From an uncultured Clostridia bacterium (GTDB lineage: Bacteria > Bacillota > Clostridia > Oscillospirales > Acutalibacteraceae): a DNA stretch of 64,000 bases. The position numbers and the translations under genes are program-made. The stretch covers positions 2,414 through 66,413 of the forward strand of contig CAMVEX010000016.1 in assembly GCA_947166625.1 (NCBI GenBank), in the 5' to 3' direction. Below the pieces are notes generated by a model. The model was not told where the DNA came from. It saw only the letters and a program-made list of their open reading frames with translations, and searched no databases. This document shows, piece after piece, positions 55,944 through 64,000 of the stretch. How positions within the stretch are numbered: the first letter of the stretch is position 1; each line of letters opens with the position of its first letter.

Positions 55944-58361
55944 TCAAATGCTCTTGAGAAGGGGGCCTATGCCCTTGATTGCCTTGGGGATCTGGCTGAT
56001 TATCTTTCTCATACCGCCTTTGCCGTCGCTCAGATAGGTGACAAGGCCGTCAGCCATGGTTTCATTGAATACGCCTCCGCTCATCGAGATAAAATCTCTG
56101 AACGGGGTCTGGAGAGCGATGCCCTTTGCCATTCCGTCCGGAACGAGCTTATTGAGGAGGTTATACATCTTCCTGCCGTGCTTCGTGCCCTTGCAATATT
56201 CAAAATTATCCTCGATCGAGAAGGGCTTTGCGGGGTCTCTGTCTTTTGCGGGGATCCTTCTGCCCAAAACCGCGGTGTATTGATTATCGGGAACATCCTG
56301 CACCTTGCCGGTGTAATAGATGGGCGCCGTGGCTGTGTAATCGGGGATCTCGACCGGCGCGGCGGTAACCGCGACCTTGGCTTCAAGGCGGATATCGGCG
56401 CTTGACGCGCCTATGAGTATATCGAATTCTCCGCTCTCAACGCTCCAGTCATTCACATTTACATTCCAGAAAGCGAACGCCCTTCTGCCCAGAGTGAATG
56501 AGATCTCTTTCTCTTCTCCGCTCTCGAGGAACACCTTCTTGAAAGCCTTCAGCTCCTTGACGGGGCGGAAAATCGTGCTCTCTTTATCGGCGACATAGAG
56601 CTGGGCGATCTCGGCGCCGGCGAGAGTGCCGGTATTTTTTACCTTGAATGAAACGGTGATCTCGCCGTTTTCATCCGTCTCGCTCTTATCGACCTTGATA
56701 TCCGAATAAGCGAACGAGGTGTATGAGAGGCCGTGGCCGAAGGGGTAGCGCACCGGAGTGCCGGATTTTTCATAATATCTGTAGCCGATGTAGATGCTCT
56801 CTCTGTGCTCTACCGTGGCGGGGTTGCCGGGGAAATTATTCTTTGCCGGAGTGTCATCGTATGAAACGGGATATGTTTCGGGGAGCTTGCCTGAGGGGTT
56901 GACCTTGCCCGTAAGTATATCCGCAACGGCGCCGCCGCCCGCCTGACCGCCGAGGTAGCTGTTGAGGATCGCCTTTACGCTGTCATTCCACGGCATTTCG
57001 ACCGGTGAGCCGCCCGCCAATACGACAACGGTATTCGGATTTGCCTTCACGACCGCTTCGACCAGCGCATCGTGAGCATCGGGGAGCTTCATGTGAGTTC
57101 TGTCATAGCCCTCAGCCTCGTATTCGTCGGTAAGGCCGATGAAAACAACAGCCGTATCGACCTTCGCCGCGAGAGCCGCCGCCCTTGCGATGAGAGCGGG
57201 ATTGTTCTTTGCCTTTTTGGCGGTAAGCTCATAGCCCTGCTCATATTCCGCCTTGACTCCGAGCTTCGCCAGCTCGTCAAAAGCGTTGTCAAGCTGTGTG
57301 GGGACTATATGCGATGAGCCCGCGCCCTGGTATCTCGGAGTCTTTGCGAGGGCTCCGATGACCGCGATCTTTTTACCCGTATCGAGCGGAAGAATCCCGT
57401 CGTTTTTCATCAGCACCATACTGCTTGCCGCGATCCTTCTCGCGAGGGGCTGATCGTCGAGATCGTTATATTCATAATTTTTCTTTGCGCCGTCAACGCA
57501 TTTTTTCATCAGGTTGAGAACATTGAGCGCTCTCTCGTTGACCACCGCTTCATCAAGCTCGCCGTTTTTGACGGCGTCAACTATCTTTTTGGTGCCGGAG
57601 CCGGAGGATGAGGGCATTTCGAGATCGTTGCCCGCCTTCATGCCGTCCACTCTCTTATTGACCGCGCCCCAGTCGCTCACCACAACGCCGTCCCAGCCCC
57701 ACTCGTTACGCAGGATCTCGGTCTGTGTATGCGGATTTTCGGAGCCGTGAAGCCCGTTGATTTTATTATATGAATTCATTACCGTCCAGGGCTTTGCCTT
57801 TTTGGTCGCTATCTCAAACGCTCTGAGATAGACCTCGCGCAGGGCTCTCTCATCGACCACGGAATCAACTACCATTCTCCTCGTCTCCTGGCTGTTGACC
57901 GCGAAATGCTTGAGCGATGTGCCCACGCCCATGGACTGAACGCCGTTTATGAAGCCCGCAGCCATTTCGCCCGCAAGCTCCGGATCCTCGGAAAAATATT
58001 CAAAGTTTCTGCCGCAAAGGGGCGATCTCTTCATATTGACGCCGGGCCCGAGAAGCACTCCGACCTCTTCTTTAAGGCATTTTTTGCCGAGCGCCTGACC
58101 CATTTCGTAAAGGAGCTCGGGATCCCATGAAGCGGCAGTGGTGGCCGCCGTGGGGAACGAGATAGAGGGAACCGACGCTGAAAGGCTGCTGCCCTTTTTG
58201 GAATAGTCCTTCTTTCTGAGCCCGTGAGGGCCGTCGCACACCATCACTACGGGTATATCGTATTTTTCCATACCCTTGAGATGCCAGAAATCGCTGCCGT
58301 CGCAGAGCGACGCTTTCTCTTCAAGTGTCATCTGAGCGAGAATTTCTTTGGGATCTTTCAT
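55944..58361 (-). CDS. Glycoside hydrolase family 3 beta-glucosidase
   Basis: An 805-aa ORF with CDGPHGLRK, KHFAVNSQE, VVSDWGA and a C-terminal FnIII-like domain. AGGAGG lies upstream of the ATG. Confidence 0.9.
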   Translation of the reverse strand: MKDPKEILAQMTLEEKASLCDGSDFWHLKGMEKYDIPVVMVCDGPHGLRKKDYSKKGSSLSASVPSISFPTAATTAASWDPELLYEMGQALGKKCLKEEVGVLLGPGVNMKRSPLCGRNFEYFSEDPELAGEMAAGFINGVQSMGVGTSLKHFAVNSQETRRMVVDSVVDERALREVYLRAFEIATKKAKPWTVMNSYNKINGLHGSENPHTQTEILRNEWGWDGVVVSDWGAVNKRVDGMKAGNDLEMPSSSGSGTKKIVDAVKNGELDEAVVNERALNVLNLMKKCVDGAKKNYEYNDLDDQPLARRIAASSMVLMKNDGILPLDTGKKIAVIGALAKTPRYQGAGSSHIVPTQLDNAFDELAKLGVKAEYEQGYELTAKKAKNNPALIARAAALAAKVDTAVVFIGLTDEYEAEGYDRTHMKLPDAHDALVEAVVKANPNTVVVLAGGSPVEMPWNDSVKAILNSYLGGQAGGGAVADILTGKVNPSGKLPETYPVSYDDTPAKNNFPGNPATVEHRESIYIGYRYYEKSGTPVRYPFGHGLSYTSFAYSDIKVDKSETDENGEITVSFKVKNTGTLAGAEIAQLYVADKESTIFRPVKELKAFKKVFLESGEEKEISFTLGRRAFAFWNVNVNDWSVESGEFDILIGASSADIRLEAKVAVTAAPVEIPDYTATAPIYYTGKVQDVPDNQYTAVLGRRIPAKDRDPAKPFSIEDNFEYCKGTKHGRKMYNLLNKLVPDGMAKGIALQTPFRDFISMSGGVFNETMADGLVTYLSDGKGGMRKIISQIPKAIKGIGPLLKSI

Positions 58362-58374
58362 TTTATTCCTCCTG

Positions 58375-58594
58375 AGTTTTTATATTCACCCGTTACCGAT
58401 TGCGGCAGAGTAATGTGCCGCATCCCGTAAGTGAGTAATTTATTTTTTCATTAGCACCCGTTACCGAACAGGTAAGGGAAATGTTATTCATCCCGGTGAT
58501 GATTCAATTAGCAATTAGCAATTAGCAATTTTTTCACCCTTCACCGATTGCGGCAACCGGGATTGCACATTGCACATTGCTCATTGCTGACTGT
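58375..58594 (+). repeat. Repeat cluster R7: two E units, a heptamer tract, a truncated E unit, an inverted heptamer tract
   Basis: E units lie at 58381-58440 and 58451-58505. (AATTAGC)3 is at 58506-58526. The truncated E unit is at 58533-58560. (CATTGCW)4 is at 58561-58588 and ends 7 nt before the rmuC stop codon. Confidence 0.85.
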
Positions 58595-59890
58595 CTATTC
58601 CTCTATCCCGAGCAGGGCGTCGGATTCGGACGGGTCGGCGGATTCGATTTTGCCGAGTTTTTTGCGGATGATGTCGTTTCGTTTATCCGCTTCGTCGAGG
58701 GCGCTGCCCGCCTCATCTATCTTTTTGCGCGCCTTGCGCAGCACATCGCCGAATTTTTCATACTGCTGCTTTGCCGCCGCGAGCAGACCTCTGACCTCCG
58801 CCGCTTTTTCATTTATCGCCGCCGCCCTGTAGCCGTAAGAGAGAGAATTTAGCAGCGCGGTCACGGTCGAGGGACCTGCGATCATGATATTCAGCCTTGA
58901 TTGAATTTTCTCCGCCACCGCATTGCGTGAAGAAACGATCTCGGCGTAGAGCCCTTCGGTGGCGAGATACATTATCGCGTAAGGAGTCGTTACCGGCTCG
59001 TTGATATATTTCGTGACGGTCTTCGCCTCGTTTATCACCCGCATTTCAAGCGCTTTCCTCGCCGCGGCGAGAGCCTCGGAATCCGCGCGGTCCGCGGCGT
59101 CGCAGACCTTTATGTAATCCTCCATGGGGAATTTTGAATCAATGGGCAGGTAAGTTACGCTGCCGTCGTTTGACGGAAGCCTGACAGCGAATTCCACCCT
59201 GTCCGCACTGCCGGGGACGCAGACAAAATTTGTTTCATACATTCCCGGTATTGTCTGGTCAAGAATGGAGCCGAGCTGTACCTCCGCCCAGGTGCCTCGC
59301 GCCTTTACATTTGTGAGCACTCTGTTGAGCGCGGTGACATTCGCCGTCACCCCGGTGGAGAGCTCCTTCATTTCGCCGAGCGATTTATTCACGCTCTCGA
59401 GCCGCTCCGAAACGGTGTTGAATGATGAATCGAGCCTTGCCGAGAGGGTATCGGTCAGTTTTTCGTCAACCGTAAGGCGCATCTGCTCAAGCTTCTTTTC
59501 GTTGCTCTCGCGCATTTTTTCGACCGCCTCGGCGAGCGCTCTGCCCTGCTTTTCGCTCTGCTCAAGATTGCCGATCCTGATCTGAGCGAGAGAATCCTTA
59601 ACCTCGCCCTCAAGCTTCGCGAAACGCTCCGCGCTCTCTGCCTCGCGCCGCTCAAGCCTCGATGTTATCTCGCCTCTTACGGAATCCTGCTTGGCGTTCA
59701 GCTCTCTGCGCGAGCGCTCAAATTCATTATCTATCCTTCGCGAAAATTCGCTCACTTTATCTTCTATATCCTCGATCCTGCCGGAATCCGCCCTGCTTCT
59801 TTTCACAAAAAGAACGAGCATCGCGATGAGCACGAGCAGCAGAGCCGCCGAAACCGCGGAAAGGATGAGCGTCAATGTATCCGATGGCAT
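58595..59890 (-). CDS. rmuC: DNA recombination protein RmuC
   Basis: The ATG at 59890 follows GGAGG. An N-terminal TM segment, a long coiled coil and a C-terminal RmuC nuclease-like domain are present. Confidence 0.85.
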   Translation of the reverse strand: MPSDTLTLILSAVSAALLLVLIAMLVLFVKRSRADSGRIEDIEDKVSEFSRRIDNEFERSRRELNAKQDSVRGEITSRLERREAESAERFAKLEGEVKDSLAQIRIGNLEQSEKQGRALAEAVEKMRESNEKKLEQMRLTVDEKLTDTLSARLDSSFNTVSERLESVNKSLGEMKELSTGVTANVTALNRVLTNVKARGTWAEVQLGSILDQTIPGMYETNFVCVPGSADRVEFAVRLPSNDGSVTYLPIDSKFPMEDYIKVCDAADRADSEALAAARKALEMRVINEAKTVTKYINEPVTTPYAIMYLATEGLYAEIVSSRNAVAEKIQSRLNIMIAGPSTVTALLNSLSYGYRAAAINEKAAEVRGLLAAAKQQYEKFGDVLRKARKKIDEAGSALDEADKRNDIIRKKLGKIESADPSESDALLGIEE

Positions 59891-60078
59891 ATAAGCCTCC
59901 ACAATATCATATATAATTATAGTAATATTAACATAAACCGATTGAATAATCAACATTTTTTTGTGCAACTTCAAGGAGAGAATGATCGGCTCTTGAAAAA
60001 ATTCCGCCGATGTGTATAATTATTCCTGTCTGAAATCGCGGCGCAGCTTCCGCGCGCCCGGGAAACGGAGGAAGATCT

Positions 60079-60771
60079 ATGATAGGAATTATAGGCGCAA
60101 TGAGATCGGAGGTAGAAAAACTCCGCTCGGTGATGACCGATAAAAACGAGAGATTTATCTCGGGCATAAGCTTTGTGGAAGGCGTGCTCAACGGAGCGCG
60201 TGTCGTGACCGCCGTATGCGGTATAGGCAAGGTGGCAGCCGCGGTATGCACTGAGGCGATGATACTCGAATACAGCCCCGTCTGCATAGTGAATACGGGG
60301 GTCGGCGGAAGCCTTTCGGGCGAGCTTAATATCTGCGACGTCATAATCGCGGAAACCCTTGTGCAGCATGATATGGACACCACCGCGCTCGGCGACGCCG
60401 CAGGCCTTATCTCGGGCATAAATATCGTTGATATACCGGGCGATAAAAAGGTGATAGAAGCCCTTCTCGAAGCTGCCCGCGAGGTCGGCGGATTCGGGGT
60501 GAGGACCGGCAGGATCGCTTCGGGCGATCAGTTTATCGCGGACCCTGCCAAAAAGCGGTTCATAGTCGATACCTTCGGCGCTCACGCCTGCGAGATGGAG
60601 GGCGCCTCGATAGCCCATGTCTGCTATCTCAACAAGGTGCCCGTCGGAGTTGTCAGGGCGATAAGCGATAAAGCGGACGGCAGCGGCCACATGGATTATG
60701 AAAAATTCCTGCCTCTCGCCGCCGAAAACGCCGCGAAGATCATTGAGAATTTCGTGAAGATTTACAGCTGA
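60079..60771 (+). CDS. mtnN: 5'-methylthioadenosine/S-adenosylhomocysteine nucleosidase
   Basis: MIGIIGAMRSEVEKL, CGIGKVAAA and EMEGASIAHV are present. Confidence 0.9.
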   Translation: MIGIIGAMRSEVEKLRSVMTDKNERFISGISFVEGVLNGARVVTAVCGIGKVAAAVCTEAMILEYSPVCIVNTGVGGSLSGELNICDVIIAETLVQHDMDTTALGDAAGLISGINIVDIPGDKKVIEALLEAAREVGGFGVRTGRIASGDQFIADPAKKRFIVDTFGAHACEMEGASIAHVCYLNKVPVGVVRAISDKADGSGHMDYEKFLPLAAENAAKIIENFVKIYS

Positions 60772-60795
60772 AAATCCGAATTGTTCCGTTAAAAC

Positions 60796-60820
60796 AAAAA
60801 GCTCCCTCGGGGGCTTTTTT
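60796..60820 (+). terminator. Rho-independent terminator after mtnN
   Basis: AAAAAGCTCC pairs with GGGGGCTTTTTT to form a hairpin with a T-run. Confidence 0.7.
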
Positions 60821-60878
60821 CTCTTAGGGAAACTTGTCACAATTTTATAGAATTTATCGACATTTCATCATAATTTTG

Positions 60879-60907
60879 TTGACAGTGCATAGTTTATCTG
60901 TTAAAAT
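60879..60907 (+). promoter_or_regulatory. Putative sigma-A promoter of the SCP2-like, aminotransferase and transketolase operon
   Basis: TTGACA (60879-60884), a 17-nt spacer, then TAAAAT (60902-60907). Confidence 0.55.
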
Positions 60908-60966
60908 GATTTTATTATAATTGAGCAACATATATCAAAAATATGCTGTCTTAGGAGGAATTCAAA

Positions 60967-61725
60967 ATGAATGATCAGAAAACCCTCGCGTACATCAACC
61001 TCTACGCTGTACTGGGCGCTCTCGAAAACCTCTGCGAGCTTGTGCCCGAGGCGGGCGAGATCCTTACCAATAAAAAGCCCATATCTATCGGCTTTGAGGT
61101 AAAGGGCGGCCCGAGCGCAACTCTCACCTTTTACAAGGGCAGGTGCAGAATGGAGCAGGGCTGCAAAAACTGCGATGTAAAGCTCCCCTTCAGCTCCTGC
61201 GAAAAATTCAACGGTCTCATCGACGGCACCGTTACCCCGATCCCCTCAAAGGGATTCACTCATATCGGATTCCTTCTCAAGGATTTCACAAAGCTCACCG
61301 ATCTGCTCAATAAATATATGAGACCTTCGGAAGAGGATATGAAGGATCCCGATTTTTACAGGATCAACACCGAGCTCACCCTCTATGTGGTCGGCGTGGC
61401 TATCGCCCAGGTGGGCAATAACGACGAGATTGGCAAATTCTCCGCCGATCATATCCCCGACGGCAGTGTTATGATCTCCATAAAGGGCGGCCCCGCAGTC
61501 GAGATAATCGCCAAAAACCACCGCCTGCTCTGCCTCAAGAAGGAGCCCGAAAAATACCGCTGCTCAATGGTATTTGATTCCTACGAAACCGCTAACGATC
61601 TGTTTAACGGCAATGTCAACGCCATAGTCTGCATCGGTACGGGCAAGGTCGAAATGCACGGTCTCAACGCAATGCTTGATAATGTAAACCGTATTCTCGA
61701 CCGCGTAGCGCTGTATCTTGCATAA
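60967..61725 (+). CDS. Hypothetical protein, possibly with an SCP2-like C-terminal domain
   Basis: A 252-aa ORF with AGGAGG upstream. The C-terminus ANDLFNGNVNAIVCIGTGKVEMHGLNAML resembles the SCP2 sterol-carrier fold signature. The assignment is weak. Confidence 0.35.
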   Translation: MNDQKTLAYINLYAVLGALENLCELVPEAGEILTNKKPISIGFEVKGGPSATLTFYKGRCRMEQGCKNCDVKLPFSSCEKFNGLIDGTVTPIPSKGFTHIGFLLKDFTKLTDLLNKYMRPSEEDMKDPDFYRINTELTLYVVGVAIAQVGNNDEIGKFSADHIPDGSVMISIKGGPAVEIIAKNHRLLCLKKEPEKYRCSMVFDSYETANDLFNGNVNAIVCIGTGKVEMHGLNAMLDNVNRILDRVALYLA

Positions 61726-61738
61726 GGAGGAGAGAAAG

Positions 61739-63004
61739 ATGAGTAAAACATTTCCGCTTTACGATGTAACAAAATCAAACGAGATGTATGCCAGAGCCGT
61801 CAAGGTCATCCCTTCGGGCGTTTACGGCCATCTCGGCCCCGCAGAGGGTCAGTTCATCCCCGTCAGCCGCTGGCCCAAATTCTCCGAGAAGGCTCAGGGC
61901 TCATATTTCTGGGATGTTGACGGCAACAGATATATTGATTATATGTGCGCATACGGTCCGAGCGTGCTCGGCTACAACGATCCCGATGTTGACGCCGCAG
62001 CCATCAAACAGATAGGCATCGGCAACTGCACCACCTCCCCCGGCAAGATCATGGTGGAATGCGCGGAGCTGCTTGTAGATACCGTCAAGAGCCCCGACTG
62101 GGCGTTCTTCGCCAAAAACGGCAATGACGCCACGATGGGCGCCATCCTCACCGCGAGAGCCCACACCCACCGCAAAAAGCTGATATTCTTCAACGGCTTC
62201 TATCACGGCGTTTCGCCCGTTGTTCAGAAGATAGACTATCCCGGCGTTGTCCCCGGCGATGTTGAAAACAATCTCTATGTGGATTGGGACGATATAGAGG
62301 GCTTCAAGAGGATCTGCGAAGAGAATAAAGGCGAGATAGCCGCTCTTATCGCTCAGCCCTACGATCACGGCAACTTCGCCGATAACAAATTCCCCAAAGA
62401 GGGATTCTGGCAGGCGATCAGAAAGATCTGCACCGATGAAGGCATAGTTCTCATCATCGACGATGTCCGCGCGGGCTTCCGCCTCGACCTTCAGGGCTCG
62501 GATCATTATTTCGGCTTTGAAGCGGATATGATCTGCTTCTGCAAGGCGCTCGCAAACGGCTACAATATGAGCTGCTTTATGGGCAAGGAATTCCTTATGA
62601 GCGCGGCTTCGTCGCTCTCATATACCGGCTCATACTGGATGAGCTCCGTTCCCTTCGCTGCCTGTATCGCCTGCATCAACAAGCTCAAAGCGCTCGACGC
62701 TCCCAAGCTCTTCAAGGAGCTCGGCACCAAACTGACGGACGGCTTCAAGGCAGCCGCCGCCGAAAACGGCTTTGATCTCGTCGTATCCGGCGCTACCGCC
62801 CTTTTCTATCTGAGAATAGCGAATGATGACAGCATGATGCTCCACCAGGAATGGATTGCCGAATGTGTAAACAGAGGCCTCTTCCTCGCCTCTCACCACA
62901 ATCATTTCATCAACGCTTCTCTCACCGACGAGGATATCAAAGAATCCATCGAAATCGCGGAAGATGCCTTCCACGCTGTTAAAAAGAATCACCCCGAACT
63001 CTGA
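61739..63004 (+). CDS. Class III aminotransferase (glutamate-1-semialdehyde aminomutase-like)
   Basis: The ATG at 61739 follows AAGGAGG. GSYFWDVDGNRYIDY, a PLP lysine context FCKALANGY and DDVRAGFR are present. Confidence 0.8.
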   Translation: MSKTFPLYDVTKSNEMYARAVKVIPSGVYGHLGPAEGQFIPVSRWPKFSEKAQGSYFWDVDGNRYIDYMCAYGPSVLGYNDPDVDAAAIKQIGIGNCTTSPGKIMVECAELLVDTVKSPDWAFFAKNGNDATMGAILTARAHTHRKKLIFFNGFYHGVSPVVQKIDYPGVVPGDVENNLYVDWDDIEGFKRICEENKGEIAALIAQPYDHGNFADNKFPKEGFWQAIRKICTDEGIVLIIDDVRAGFRLDLQGSDHYFGFEADMICFCKALANGYNMSCFMGKEFLMSAASSLSYTGSYWMSSVPFAACIACINKLKALDAPKLFKELGTKLTDGFKAAAAENGFDLVVSGATALFYLRIANDDSMMLHQEWIAECVNRGLFLASHHNHFINASLTDEDIKESIEIAEDAFHAVKKNHPEL

Positions 63005-63034
63005 TAAATCATCTGTAAAAAGGAGGAATTTCCC

Positions 63035-63913
63035 ATGGCATTAACAAAACAGGAATGGCTTGACCTTGAAAAAAAGGCCAATGAGCTCCGTCATCTGACC
63101 CTTCAGACTACGGTCTGGGCGGGCAGCGGCCACCTCGGCGGCGGTCTCTCGGTACTCGATCTGCTCACGGTCCTCTATCACAAATATCTCAACATAAAGG
63201 TTGAGGATCCCAAATGGGAAGACAGAGACAGATTCATTCTCTCAAAAGGTCACGCGGCCATTGCCTACGCCCCCGTTCTCTGTGACAAGGGCTTCAATGA
63301 TCCCGAAATGCTCAAGACCTTCAATCTCTCCGGCTCAAAGATGGGTATGCACCTCGACTCCAACAAGGTCGTAGGCGTTGACGCCTCCACGGGTTCGCTC
63401 GGTCACGGCGCTTCCATCGCCGCGGGCACCGCTCTTGCAGCAAGGATCCTCGGCAAGGATTATCTCACCTATATCGTCACCGGCGACGGCGAGCTTGACG
63501 AGGGCTCAAACTGGGAAGCCTTCATGACGATGAATCACTACAAGCTCTCAAACTGCATCGTTTTTGTTGACAGAAACCATAATATGATAGACGGCAACAC
63601 CGAGGATGTCATGGCTCTCGAGCCGCTCGCAGATAAATTCGTTGCCTTCGGCTTCAACACCGTTACCGTTGACGGCAACAATATGAAAGAGCTCTGCTGC
63701 GCTATCGACGCGGCGATCGAGCGCTCAAAAGAGGTTCAGGCTCCCACCTGCATCATCATGGACACCCTCAAGGGCGCCGGTCTTACCAGCGTTCAGGGCG
63801 ATTATCATACTCACTATATGGCAATCGACGACCCCACATTTGAAAAATATAAAAATGAACTTGACGCTTATTATGCCGAGCGCGTCGCTCGCGTAGAGAA
63901 GGAGGCTGAATAA
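63035..63913 (+). CDS. Transketolase, N-terminal (TPP-binding) subunit
   Basis: GSGHLGGGLS, LSKGHAA and GDGELDEGSNWEA are present. The 292-aa length fits the split-type enzyme. Confidence 0.88.
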   Translation: MALTKQEWLDLEKKANELRHLTLQTTVWAGSGHLGGGLSVLDLLTVLYHKYLNIKVEDPKWEDRDRFILSKGHAAIAYAPVLCDKGFNDPEMLKTFNLSGSKMGMHLDSNKVVGVDASTGSLGHGASIAAGTALAARILGKDYLTYIVTGDGELDEGSNWEAFMTMNHYKLSNCIVFVDRNHNMIDGNTEDVMALEPLADKFVAFGFNTVTVDGNNMKELCCAIDAAIERSKEVQAPTCIIMDTLKGAGLTSVQGDYHTHYMAIDDPTFEKYKNELDAYYAERVARVEKEAE

Positions 63914-63915
63914 TA

Positions 63916-64000
63916 TGGCAGGCGGATTTGTATATAACGCAATAGATCAGACCGAGGTCGCCACCGCCGAAATTTACGGCAAGGCTATCGCGGATATCAT
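63916..64000 (+). CDS. Transketolase, C-terminal subunit (5' fragment, runs off the window)
   Basis: An ATG lies 3 nt after the stop of the N-terminal subunit gene. The call rests on position and the split-transketolase gene order. Only 28 codons are visible. Confidence 0.6.

Noticed and set aside
58381-58392. The idea that the outward-facing end of E units (CGGGTGnATATAAA on the reverse complement) is a portable -10 promoter box. This was prompted by units that point at GH3, gltX and the methyltransferase gene.
   Set aside because: No acceptable -35 box or correctly placed TG extension accompanies it. Equivalent ends also point at gene 3' ends (47085-47100), and the methyltransferase gene and gltX have better independent promoters. 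It remains untested and I do not claim it.

Overview
This is a 64-kb chromosomal window from a Firmicutes/Clostridia-type genome. GC is about 55% by eye, not computed. The taxon is inferred from synteny: an ACP-like ORF followed by rnc, a radical SAM gene and smc; infC-rpmI-rplT behind an L20-type leader; and dprA-topA-trmFO. Most of the window is ordinary core and carbohydrate-use content: glpK, uxaC, ptsH, a TrmH-family methyltransferase, gltX-glnS, GH127/GH5/GH130, GH3, galM, rmuC, mtnN and a split transketolase. Two things are not ordinary. (1) At 4245-10727 there is an intact-looking phage head, packaging and neck module (terS, terL, portal, protease/scaffold, decoration-like protein, major capsid, connector-size ORFs). 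It has no tail, lysis, integrase, regulatory or replication genes on either side. (2) A dense modular family of intergenic repeats fills seven intergenic gaps, about 3.9 kb or 6% of the window. Its parts are about 30 copies of a degenerate 55-80-bp unit (E; consensus below, each usually with one or two short hairpins), a palindromic hairpin GGGCGGATA/TATCCGCCC (A), the hairpin CCCTCTCCGAGACCGGAGAGGG (B), a GGGTGTGGCGAT segment (C), a GCGAAGC-containing segment with (AATTAGC)n heptamer tracts (D), and 14-nt inverted termini. The parts recur in a fixed order as a roughly 400-bp composite, with truncated, nested and inverted copies, much like BIME, BOX or MITE elements. One DUF559 endonuclease-fold gene sits between inverted copies of these modules. 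I found no rRNA, tRNA or CRISPR array. Every homology call comes from reading the translated ORFs. No database search was run.
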